Shown here: one piece after another, positions 10,911 to 23,283 of the stretch
How positions within the stretch are numbered: position 1 is the stretch's first letter
Layout: every line of letters begins with the position of its first letter
DNA from: Nymphaea colorata
Lineage: Eukaryota
Direction of reading: 5' to 3'
NCBI RefSeq assembly: GCF_008831285.2
Contig: NC_045138.2
Location: forward strand, 2,542,001-2,606,000
Length of the DNA: 64,000 nucleotides
Translations under genes and position numbers: made by a program
The notes under the pieces: model-generated
What the model saw: the letters and a program-made list of their open reading frames with translations, nothing else
Told to the model about the DNA's origin: nothing
Database searches by the model: none

Positions 10911-13900
10911 TCAGCTTGGGCGTCGGGCCGGGTCCAGGTCAAAAAATTTTGTTATCGGGCTCAACTTGAGTGAGCTCGGCCCGGCCCGGCCTGAGTTATA
11001 ATTATTTGAATTCAGTCATTTTCGATACCTATTAAATTGCATACACGTTTCAACGTTTTTGTTTGGGTCAGTTCCTAAGCACTGTGACATAGAATTTATG
11101 ATTTTTTTCCACCGGTGTTGTACCAAATTATCAATATGAATATATTGTATCTGCTTTAGCATATAGGACATGCTTGTTAGCAATGAACTAAGAATAGGAT
11201 CACAGGAGATTGCCATAGATATCAACAACATAATAGTTGTGAAAAAAACTGTCACAAAGGTGAAAAGAATATGTGAAAACTAAGTGTAGAAAGTAATTGT
11301 ACAGTCTTCTTATTGAAAAAAATGATATTGATCTTCGTTCCAACCTTCACTGATGTCTGATGGTATTGTCTATCTTCTTGATTCCGTTCACAGAAAGAAC
11401 TGTAACAAGAAGAAAAGAAAAAAATCACATGCAAATGGGAGTCTAATATTTGCTGATCAAAGCCGCATGTTTTCAGTGAGCAGCGTGTACCTTCACATAG
11501 CAAAAGGGCGACGGTGGACCAGTGGAGGAGCGGTGAAAGGGCGACGGTGACAAGTGGCCTAGTGGTGGAGCGGAGACGGTGGCACCATGGTGGTAGCGGA
11601 TTGGCTGGTAGCCGGTGGCACGCAGTCACGGTCTCTCCCTGTCTCTGCCTCCTTTGGTCATCCTCTAATGCAATTCTGGGTTTCAGACCAAATTGATACT
11701 TGTCTAAGTGGATAGAAGACTCTTGGGCTCCATTTGGTTCAATCAAACCAAGGGTTGAGAAGTTGCTTGACTACTGAATAGGTTGAACAAAATCTCAATC
11801 TCTAAATCAAATGCAAAGCAGAAAATCCCCAAATGATTTGGTGAGTAATAATGTATAACTTGTAATAAAGTAGCTATTATAATGAATAGCTTCTTCAATT
11901 TTGTTGTTGTTCACTTGTATATAAATCTCCAAAAAGTGCATGATCTATCCTTGGTAAAGTGCATATATCTTGCGTTTATGACTCAATTTGATTAAACTCA
12001 AACATAACTGGATCTGATTGAAGCATATTCACGATGCATTATTAACAAATAAAATTCATTGCATGAACCCTGTTGATTCATTTGTTCTTATTTTTACTGC
12101 ATGCTTCGGGAAGGAATAGCTTGTAATGTATAACTTGCAAAAATGTTTACTTCAGTAATTTTATGCGTGCAACTCTATAATTGGTATATATAGTTTGAAA
12201 CTTCTGTTGATTGTTGCTCTTAAAACTTCTATGTTTTCAATTTCTGAAATGTATAACTTGTAAGAGCCTCTAGTTTATGGAAAGTTTCTGTGAATCCCTC
12301 TTGTGACAAGAAGAAAATTGGTTTCCCTAGGACTCTATGTTTAGGTTGTTCGAATTTCATTCAAACAGTAAGTCATGTCATCTAGCACTGAGAATGAAAA
12401 TATCGTCCGATGGCAGATGTAGGGGAAAATGAATCTTTACATGTACTGAAAAAGACGTTGAATCCAAGAGGAAAAGAAGCTCAATAGTATGGAATGACTT
12501 CAAATTAGTAGAATTTGAGGGAAAAGAATTTGCGAAATGCAAACATTGTGGTGAACGATTTGCTGCACATAGTAGCAGTGGTACGAGCCACTTAAAACGA
12601 TATAAAGATATATGTATCAGAAAACAAATACTTGATGGAAAATAATGAACTTTGTCATTTGGAGTTGGTGAATCTGGTGCCACAAATTTAGGTCTACATA
12701 AATTTGATATGGACACTATAAGAAAAGGTATGACGAAATTGACAATAATGCATTCTCTTCCTTTCAGTATTGCAAAATATGAATATCTTAACGATCTTCT
12801 AAAGTCATGCAATCCAAGGTTTGTGCCAATTTCTAGGAAAACATTTACAAAAGAGGTACAGTCAATGTTCTTGACTGAAAAAAAGAAATATCAAAAAGTT
12901 TTAAATAACCACGTGCAACGGGTTTCATTGACATTTGATATGTGGTCCTCACAACAGACATTAGGGAACTTATGCTTGACAGCCTCTTATATTGATACAA
13001 ATTGGCAATTGCACTCTCATATACTTAATTTTATACATGTGTCTCCACCACATAATGCAAGTTGTATATGTGACATTTTATCATAGTGCATTACTACTAA
13101 GTGGGAAATTCATTTGAAGCTGTTTTTTGTCACTGCTGATAACTGTTCAATAATTGATAATAGAATAAGTTTATTGAGAAAGACCATGAAAGAAAAAATA
13201 ATATTTTATTTCCATTGAGAAGAGAGTACTTTCATATTCGTTGTGGTGCACATATCATCAATCTGATAGTTAAAGATGGTATGAATGATGTGGATGATAC
13301 AATTTCAAGAATTCGTGACAGTGTCAAATATGTAAGAGGATCATCAAAACGACTACTTGCTTTCAAAGAATGTGTAAAGGCAATGGGTTTGGATGAGAAA
13401 AAATGTTTAAACAATGATGTTCCTACTCGATGGAATTCTACATTTATAATGTTGAGAGATGCATTATTATTCAAAGATGTCTTTCAATATTTGGCATCGT
13501 GTGATCCTAGTTATACATGTTTGCCTTTTGAGGATGAGTGGTATCATGTACCTGATTTATGTCAGTCCTTAAAGGTCTTCTACGATGCAACAAATCTTTT
13601 CTCTACCACCAAGCATGTAACAACTAATCTTGTTTTTGAAGAAATCGTATCAATTTACCATCATTTGTATATGCATCGTGGAACATCGAATGAACATATA
13701 AGGGCATTGGCATGCAAAATGCAGGAAAAGTTTGACAAATACTTTAAGGGCTGCAATATTCTTTTTGCAATTGCAGCTGTTTTGGATCATAGGTTCAAGT
13801 TATCATACTTGAAGTATTTGCTTGGCAATTTAGATAAACCTGATGCAATAGTGAAATATGAAACTATAGAGAGCACTCTTCATAAATTATATGGGTTATA

Positions 13901-15353
13901 TAAATATGTATGAAGATAGTGACACGTGTAATATGCAAAGGGTTAATGCATCCACTAGTACCACGATTGCAACAGAATAGTATAAAAGTTTGTCTAGATA
14001 TGGGTTTAAAGTATATGTTAACTTTGTATCTTCTGTAGTGATTCACACAAATCTAGACAAATATTTGATTGATCTAATGGAAGAAATTATACCTACTGTA
14101 GAGTTCAACATATTATCTTAGTGGAAGACAAATGAAAGCAAATATCAAATTCTTGCAAAGATGACTCGAGATGTGTTAGCTATTTTTGTATCTATAGTTG
14201 CTTCAAAAACTGCATTCAGTATATCAAGAAGAATTCTTAATGATTATCGATGTTCAACTACTCCTGAAAATGTTGAATCAGAAAATGTTGAATCATTAAT
14301 CTGCACACAAAGTTGGATTCGTAATGCAAGCAACTTGTGTGAAAGGTAAGATGTTCATGCTTTATAGTTTATACATATTAACATAATAGTGTGCTTAAAT
14401 TAATAAGTGTCTTTTTACAGTTCTCATGATGCAGAGCACCATTTTGACGAGGAATGTTAATCGAGTGCATGATTATTATGATAATTTTTTTTAATTAATG
14501 CTTCATATTCTATGCTGAGAAGCACATGTTAATTTTTATTAACATTCCTTTTTCATGTTCAATAGCAGATGGACGTTTCAAGCTACAACCATGAACTCTC
14601 TACTGACATGATCATTTTTTTGTTGCTCTCAGATATGGGTGTGACATCTTTGTCTAAATCTTGTGTAGAGACTTGATGTTCATGCCAAAACTTAAACTAT
14701 GTTGGAAAGTATTTGTGATTATGAAAGTTTATCATCTTTTAAAAATAGAATGTTGATGACAGTTTAACTGTTGATGGCGAGAAATATTACTACTTATATT
14801 TGCTTGCAGATTAGTTTTGTTGTATATTGTCTTAAGCAGTTGTTCCTTTTTATATTTTTGGTTGGTTGATTCGACTAACAACTGTTGTAATTCTTACATA
14901 CTCTGAGATTATTCCTTATGATGAATCGATAATGCTGGTGCTTTTGATGAAGTAGTCTGGCCGGAAAAATGTATATTATTGATCTCGCTTAAATTTATTC
15001 CATATTTGAGTTAAGTTGATTTTGATATGGGGCCTTCATCTGCTTCTTTGTTTTTCTTGTTCTTGGTTTTATATAACGTCCTCCCTATTGCTTGTGTCTA
15101 TACCACTTGTGTAATTCAATCTTCTATAATTGCACTTTATGTTATTTGGTTTATGTTATTTGTTATCGGCATTGTCATACTTGATTCTTCTCTTGAATGT
15201 TGGATTTTGTGGAAGACTGCAAGTCCTTGTTTCTTTTTCTTATTTGATTTTTGGACCAAACCGACCCAGCCCAACCCGGCCCGCCAATTAACAAAACGGG
15301 CCGGGCTGGGCCTCGAACATGGTGGACCAGGCCCGGCCCGATGCCCATCCCTA
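10911..15353 (+). mobile_element. hAT-superfamily DNA transposon, ~4.4 kb, defective
   Basis: Imperfect TIRs: left TCAGCTTGGGCGTCGGGCCGGGTC, right (reverse complement) TAGGGATGGGCATCGGGCCGGGCC. GGCCC-rich subterminal repeats at both ends. Degenerate 8-bp TSD CTTATGGC / CTTTTGAC (6/8). Internal transposase relic. Confidence 0.85.
12375..14349 (+). pseudogene. Disrupted hAT transposase (BED zinc finger, DDE core, C-terminal dimerisation domain)
   Basis: SIVWNDF...AKCKHCG...GTSHL (BED), SLTFDMWSS, VTADN, HIRCGAHIINLIVKD, DVPTRWNSTF, AAVLDHRFKL, LS*WK...YQILAKMTRDVLAI..ASKTAFS. In-frame stops (e.g. 13084-13086) and frameshifts split it into several ORFs. Confidence 0.93.
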
Positions 15354-15744
15354 CTTTTGACACATTGAATTGGGTTAGCTACTGGTACATGATATATGTA
15401 TATATATATATAGACACTTGAAAAGCCCACACATTCTAGGACCAAGAAGACAAAATAATGAGTTTAGGATTTTTAAGCCTCACTAAGCGCAGCATAGTTT
15501 TATATGTATTGTAAATTTTGACTTTTTAGAGTTACTTAGTCATCTAACCACGATCATCTGATTTATTATGATGAATAGTTAAGGAAAAAACTAATAGATA
15601 TTTTCATCATTTAACATTATTTCATACTCTTTTTCTTATTGTTTTGCCGTTAATCATTATTTTGTAACCATTTATTTGTTTTACATGAATAGCATTTGTT
15701 AGATGAATAGGTTTTGTTTTAGATATCAAGTCATCATTCATTTA

Positions 15745-15788
<44 letters not shown>

Positions 15789-17268
15789 GTCACTTCATGT
15801 GATAGGAGCGTGAGTGGAGCTAGGGGACCCATGGAGGTTATGTCACCTTCCTAGTTTTGAGAAATAAAAAAAGATTTCCATGTAAAATATATGAAAATTT
15901 TTACTTAATGAAAATTTTGGAAATTAACAGTGGGCCGTTAAAAGCCGCGCGTCACCCTCGGATAGGGACATCATGAGCAGTAAATAGTGACGTTTCTCTA
16001 CTCTTCCTTTGTCATATTGACGGTCTTTATCTTCATTGATGAGAAGACCCTTTTAGCGACATCTCACATCAAGACCATGCTGCATAAATATTAAATATAA
16101 AAAGATCTATAATGTCCACATTTGATTGGAAGTCCAAAAATGGGTAGCCAATGATGCGGCAATGCATGTGGTTCTCGAAAAAAGAGTTTTTATAACATGT
16201 AAGATGTGTTCTAATAACATAATGTGTTTGTTACCAGTCGCTCTTTAAGAATGCAAGCTCGTCGGAATTAAATTCAAAATCTATTTTAAACAAAATATAA
16301 ACATCTTAACATATTTGATTAAGACCGTGTTTACAAAAACGCAATAAGTATTCAAAAAAATTAAAATGCCACAACAATTTTATATGAACTGGTTCGACTC
16401 GACCATAAAAAGAAGTTTTTAAAGAAACAATAAAAAGTCAGAAAAAACATATTATGATAACGTAAATATAGGACTTAATACACTCAAAATAAAATCGTGC
16501 ATACAAGAATGTGACTTTTATTCAAAAAAAACTAAACTGACAATGAAACTGTATGAATTAGTTTTAAGACATGATGTTTACTATAAATTATTTTCACGAA
16601 AAAATTATGAGCCGTTCGATTTTATTTATTATAAAAAATAACCATTAAATTCAAAACATGCTTAGTTTAACATATGTTTTCTACCAATTTCTCCAGGTTA
16701 TCTATAGATGACACAAAAAACACCTTAATCATGAGACTACATATTATTATTATTATATTATATATATATATATAAAGAATTGTATCATATTCCGTTTACC
16801 TAAAAAACAAAATAACTTATTTCATTAAAAAAACAAATTTAGACATAAAAACTAATTTTAGAAACCTAGAAAAAAAGGAAACGAATAAAAAAGAATTAGA
16901 AAAACAACGATTTTTGTTAAGCGTTTTTTTTTTTCTGTAAAAAATTTCGGGTCCTGAAGGAGTCGACCCGTATCCGAGTCATCGATAATGGATAAAATAA
17001 AATAATATGCAGAGGAGAGTAGGAATATGCTACATGTATGGGTCCCACCGATCCCTATCAGAAGCAATTCTGAGCCGTCCGATGTCGACTCCCTGTCCTT
17101 CTCTCTGGCCTCTCTACCGTCCGATCTCGCCTCCTGGCCTTCCGCCACACAGGGCTAAGAGCGAGAGAAAGTGAACTTCGTTTCCCGAAAATCTTGATCC
17201 CGAAAGTACCCGTCGTACCGGAGAGGATCATCTTCCTCCAGCCCCCTCTCCGTCTCTGGTTGCAGAAA

Positions 17269-20200
17269 ATGGAGCTGTGGTCTCTCCAACCGAAGGGAAC
17301 GAGCGGGGGGATTCTTGTGAAGAAGGCGGCGGTTCCCTGCGTTGGAAGGAACGGAGGGTTCGGGGGCCCTGAGGGGAGCAGCGGACGGATGCGGCTGGTG
17401 AGGGTGTCGCCGTCGAAGCGACCGGTTTTGCCCTCACTAGCCACGGCGGATTGGCGGCGGACAGCCGATCGTCTTCGTGCCTCGTCCCCAGGCAAGAAAA
17501 TTGACTCTTCTATGTTGGTCCTTCTCTCTCTCTCTCTCTTTTGTTATCTTAACCGGGGGAGTCTTTTTTCTTTTTCTATACTGGTTCTGGATCACACCCT
17601 TTCTTTAGTTCTTCTTGCTTTGCGAGTCTCCGTTCTGAGAAGGGGCTACTTGGTGAATCTGGAATTCTCTTGCAATTTAGATGCTTTGTGGCGTACGACC
17701 GTCAAATTAAATCTTAGTTTTTTAGTTTAGTGAACCAAATTCGTGGAGGAAAATATTATGTTCAGCTGCTAAGATTATTTAGCATATGGGATGTGCTTGT
17801 TTGCGCAAAAAAATAGTGACTTTTTGGGGATAAAAAGTGAAGGACACGATCGTCTGTAAATTTCCAACTGTTTCTTTTGGGTTGTTCGATTGTCAATTTC
17901 CGTGTTTTCTGGAAACGATGGTGTCATACTCTTGAAGGAAGTAATCATTGGCCCCAAAGGGGCTGTTGAAATTTCGAAAGGTGGAGTGATCTGCATAAAG
18001 TAGCCGATGATTGGCAAGTCTACGAGTTTCTGGGTTTTTTTATGCGTTGCCATTTGCAAGTTGGTCATGTAGAAGATTGTTTCAGAAATTCACTAAAGAT
18101 GTTTAATTCATTTCCATGTTGCCCGTTTTGATGTATGAACTGGGTTTTTCTACATTTTACTTGTTTGTGTGAGACTGAATTCCTGGTGTGCTAATCAACC
18201 TACTATGAACATGAACCTTGTTGGCGATTAATTCATTTATTCATTTTTTAATTTAATTGGGAGAAACTGGACTTCTAAGCGTAGTAGGAATCTTAACTTC
18301 ATTCCTTTACCATGCATTAGCCGAATCGATGCTCAGGTTTGTATCTTTTATACACAGCTCTTCAATGTTAAACGTGCACAACTGCCAGTCTCTCGTGAAG
18401 AATAATGCCGACATTCTTGTGGTCCATGAAAATGCTATCGAACCCATTAAACTTGTCTGCATAGTATGTGGAATGCAGTTTCAGATCAAATGTTTGGTTC
18501 ATGATTATCTGTAAGAGAAGTACACAATAAGGGATGCATGAAGCAAGTGCAGGAAAGGGAATGGTTTCCTATGCAACGGGGGCCCAGTTTCCTGGCAGCT
18601 ATGGTTTGATCACCTTGGTGCACTAACTTGGTTAGTTGCAAAGGAAAAATATACAAGTTCACTTTCCTGAATGTATCATTGGGCATTATCCTTTCTAGTT
18701 TCTTTATCAATGATGATTTGTGCCTTGTATGCAATTATTGAATATTTGTTGTGCACTGCATATGTGAGGGATGATACTCCACTAATATCAATAGAATATT
18801 AGAGATAGCCTTCTGAGAAAAAGAAAATGATAGTTATGAACATTGAACCATGCGCTCACTTGGCTTTGCAAAAAAGGACAGATGATACCTGAATATAGAT
18901 GCTAACTCTTAGAAACAGAGTGAAAATTCCAGATAAGCATCATTTTAGAAGTACAGTACCGATGAATATTATGATTAACTTTTGATACAGTTCTGGTATG
19001 CTGAATAACTTCTCATCTTGGTAGTCAAAAGTACTAAAAAGTAAAAACAGTATATGAAGGGGGAAAAATGAGGAGGAAGAAGAAGAAGGAAAGGTGAAGA
19101 GGAACAATGGGAAAAGTAGAACAAGGAGACGAGAAAATAGGCAGGCAAAAGATTAGGACTTTTCTTTTTGTTTTTACTTTGGTGCCTAGGTGGCCCAATC
19201 TATTTAAAAAGGTGGCATCTGGGTGGGTGCAGGCATGCTGTTGATAACTAAGCTTCTCACACATCATATATGGCTGGTAAGCGATCAGTGGTAATTGGCT
19301 TAACAGATTAACAAGTTAACTTTCCATTCGTGATGTTGTTTGTACTTCGGTCTTTGTAAAGAGTAGCAGATAGTTATTGGGACAAGTAATTGGACAAATA
19401 GAACCTGAGGAAGGCTTAATTAAATAGTTGGCTTTTTGCGCTGTAGATTCCATTGCTTGGATTTATTGTTGAAAACATTCTCTTCTCACAATTGCTAATG
19501 ATGACCATGCCTTTTATGCATGTTCAGCACTAGCACTGATAATTTTTTTCTTTGAAAACACATCGGTTTGTGTGTGATATTTGGATTAATGTGTTTTAAG
19601 ATTCCTGATCTACAGAATTTCCGTCTACTGTACTATTTATTTGTCAATTGTTTACTGTAGAATATTGTTAGTTTCTACTGAAATGTCCCAAGAAATAAAA
19701 TGTAAATGCTTTGTGGGGTAGATGTAAAGCATGTCTGAGTCAAAAGAATGTGTAGTTTCTATTTCTCCTGTCGGGTATCCAATTCTTATGTCCATCACCA
19801 ATTGTAGCTGCTGCCAATTAAGCCTTGCCAATCCACTACCATCTAGGCAAAGTGGTTTTGCTTGAAACCAGGTTCTTGAAAGACCAAGTTTGGATAATAT
19901 CTTTGATGCTGCTGGACATTAATCATCTGTTCTGATGACTGGAAATCTACGGTCATTACAGGGAGCAGTAGTCAGTCTATTCCTGAAGAAGAGGATGGTC
20001 CAGAAGGAAGAAGCAACAAAAATTCTGATGGCATGCAGTCAAAGGAGAGACCAAACAAGCAATCCAACAAAGAATCAAATGTGTCACAACATGTTGCCAC
20101 TGACTGGAGAACCTTCAGAGCAAACCTTGTGGCTCAAGAACAGGTGCTTGTGTCCAACTTGCTGAATATCTACATCTATTTTGGTCGAATACAGCATTTG

Positions 20201-21461
20201 AAATGACTATGGTATTTTCCATATGAAATTTTATTACATAAAATGATTAAACGTTTAGTCCAAACTTTTTTAAAAAATCCGTTATTATGCAAAACAGAAT
20301 GTGAAAAGTGACGATCACAATATCTTTCCTTTTGACGTTTAAAATATCTGATGCATAATAAACCTAATGGATTTTGTGGGAAATGATCAGTGGAGATGTG
20401 TTCACTTACGGCTTTCCAAAAGAAGCAACTAGTGGAAACAAATCTCTGATCATAAAACAGCACAACTAATTTGCAGACTAGCACTTCTACATGTCTTATG
20501 GTTTATCAGTGCCAAACCTTTGAATACTGTTTGATCAAGAAAATATATGTTTTCTCTAATTGAGTCAGTTCGTTCCTGAAGCTGACATGTTCAATTCTAC
20601 CTTGATCTGCTTTGGATCTTCTGGTGAGACCTCCCTTCTCCTTATTAGTCTGTTGGTATGCTAGACAATTATTATTGAGCCATGTTATGGGCGTGAGTTA
20701 TTTGTTGTGGTTTGCCTTAAAATAAAATAGAAAATGAGAAATTGGAGAAGGTTAATGTCAAAAGAGCTTATTTCGTAAGTGCAAAATTGCTCCAGGTTCA
20801 GCTGCTGGATGTGGACGTTAATCATCAGGAATCACATTCTTCCAGATTGGTCGGCCCAAAGTGGGCACATCCTATACCCTCTCCTGAAGCTGGTTGTGTC
20901 CTAGTTGCAACAGAGAAGCTAGATGATACACGCAGTTTTGAGAGGACCGTAGTCCTTCTCCTCAGAGTAGGAACAAGAGATCCTAAAGAAGGACCATTTG
21001 GAGTTGTTATCAATCGTCCACTTCGGAAAACAATCAGGGACATGAAACCATCTAATCCCAAGCTTGCAACCACATTTGCAAACTGTTCACTGCACTTTGG
21101 CGGTCCACTCCACACAAGCATGTTCCTGGTGACCTCTGGCAGTAAGTCCCTCCCGGGCTTTGAACCCGTCATTCCAGGTTTATGTTTTGGTGCACGTAAT
21201 AACCTGGATGAGGCTGCAGAACTTGTAAAGAAGGGGTTGCTAAAACCTGAGGATTTCAGGTTCTTTATTGGTTACTCTGGGTGGCAACTGGATCAGTTGA
21301 TGGAGGAGATCGAGCTGAATTATTGGTACGTTGCTGCATGCAGTGCAAATTTGTTAACCGGACCAGTGGATTCTTTATCAAGCCTGTGGGAAGATGTACT
21401 GCAACTGATGGGTGGCCACTACTCTGAATTGAGCAGAAAACCCCGGCAGGACAGTACATGA
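17269..21461 (+). CDS. DUF179 (YqgE/AlgH-family) protein, 356 aa, probably plastid-targeted; 3 exons
   Basis: Exons 17269-17491 (GC donor), 19962-20143, 20796-21461; phases consistent (1071 nt). Motifs DWRTFRANLVAQE, WAHPIPSPEAGCVLVATEKL, FERTVVLLL, GVVINRPL, LHFGGP, FRFFIGYSGWQLDQLMEEI, LWEDVLQLMGGHY. Targeting is inferred from the S/R-rich N-terminus. Confidence 0.9.
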
Positions 21462-23283
21462 TACATGGGCCTCTTGGGAGGTGCACTGTGCCATGATGCT
21501 CAATGTACATATCATCCATGTCTAAATGTTAGCGCCTGCTACAGGTGCTGTTTTCTATTTCAGAATAAGTTAACCTTTGAAGAGGGCAGGAAGTACACGA
21601 GGGTGCTGAGTAATATAAGATGTCCAAGGGATATAAATGAACATTTGATGTGGCGATTGCAGCTCTATTTTTAATTGGTAAATTCTCATTATATTCCTGG
21701 AGTTGTGGATGCATGTCAAAATGACACAGGTACAAAGGTGAATGTGGATTATAGAGGGCTGACCGCTGCATCAACCTGGCTAGTCCAAAGTTACTTAAAA
21801 TGAAGTGCACCAAATTTTCAATTCGGATAAGCACTAGGTGTCAATGTGAGTATCTGCAGCTTCAGTATATTATACAGCTTCATAGTCCACGAGGCAGGAA
21901 GGCTTTTGGTTTTCCGTTTATGTGGAATTCTTTGATGACGAGTAACCCTTCAAAAACGAAAACCATTGGGTGAGCCCTCACCAGCTTTACGAGGACAGCA
22001 TTATGGGAAGCTTTTACTGCAGAATAGTGAGATTGAGACTCAAGGTCAAATAGACACCTTACATTTCTCTTTTGCCACTGCTCATTGCTCAACACCAACT
22101 TTAAAATATAATCCGTAAGACAGTATTGTTTTGCCGAAAACCTTCAAATATCTCAGATCTCATGTGTCAGGTCTTTGGAGTTCTCGAAATTAGTTTGCCA
22201 TGTTCAACCTTATCTTCTGATCTTCTGAGCCATGGACCGTTCGACCATACATTAAATGGAAAAGTTGTTCTTACCTTAGGCATGCCATGGTCAAACTTAT
22301 AAATAATGTATGTTTTGCTTTAGTAAAAAGCATTCCTAAGAAGTGGAAAAAAGGAGTCTAAATTTTTAATTAAACCCATGAATATGCGACTTTGATAAAG
22401 TGCTCAAGGATGGACCTACGTCGAACGTGCAAATGTGACCGAGGAATTTGTCATCGCCACAATTAGGCAAGCGTGAGTGTTTCCAGTTCTCTAAGTCAGA
22501 GGCGTTGGGAAGAACCCAGTTCTTTTTGTAATAATTGTCATCTGGTTTAAGGCTTGGCATTTGTTTCGGTCCTATTTTCCTTTTTGGCAGCTTATGAGTA
22601 CCAATCACCAGCGGTGAACCTCATGTGGCTGCTCTTCTATGGGTGCTGAAAAAATGTAGTTAGAAACCATTCCGCGAAGCCCTAGATGCTCCATTCAAGT
22701 TTCCATGAACAGCGTTATAATAAAACATCAGATTATTCATGCACCTTTAACAAAAAGCCACTGCATATGAATCATGATATTTCCCTTTACATACTGCACG
22801 ACATTTTTTATCATTGAGCAGAAAGATTCGTCTTAGAATGTCCAGTATGGGAATTTTACACGCGTGCTTATCTTTGAGTATGCCACTTAAGAGGAATGAA
22901 ATCAATATACATGAAGATTTCGCAGTCTAACAAAAACTGAAAAATCAATATACATAAGGATTAGTAGAAGTTCTGATGATACTGCAGCTTATCCACATAG
23001 TCAAAAGCCTTCAAATCTCTCGAGAAGCAAGCTAGCAGAGTGAAAACATGACTTTTCAGAGGGGTGTTGATTATAGCACAGATCTCATTTGCAAGAATTT
23101 CCAGTGCAATTTCTGCAGCCTGAACTGCCAACATGCGAGGAAGTCAAAATGCCACAAACATGGGGCTCCGTCGCCCTTCAGCTTTCAGAAGGATCAAGCG
23201 CCCCATCCCCCCAACAATTCCCTTTTGAAATTGTTCTCATCCTCACCCTCAAATAGCTTGTCCAAATGCACGGAAGTCATTGC

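Noticed and set aside
11016..11746. ORFs in the hAT left arm, including DGIVYLLDS resembling a small-GTPase strand; possible captured gene fragment
   Set aside because: Similarity is limited to a few residues with no GTPase motifs around it. Cannot be supported without BLAST.
15027..15445. Overlapping ORFs at the hAT right end, and ORF 62182-62406
   Set aside because: Artefacts of stop-poor, GC-rich subterminal TE repeats.
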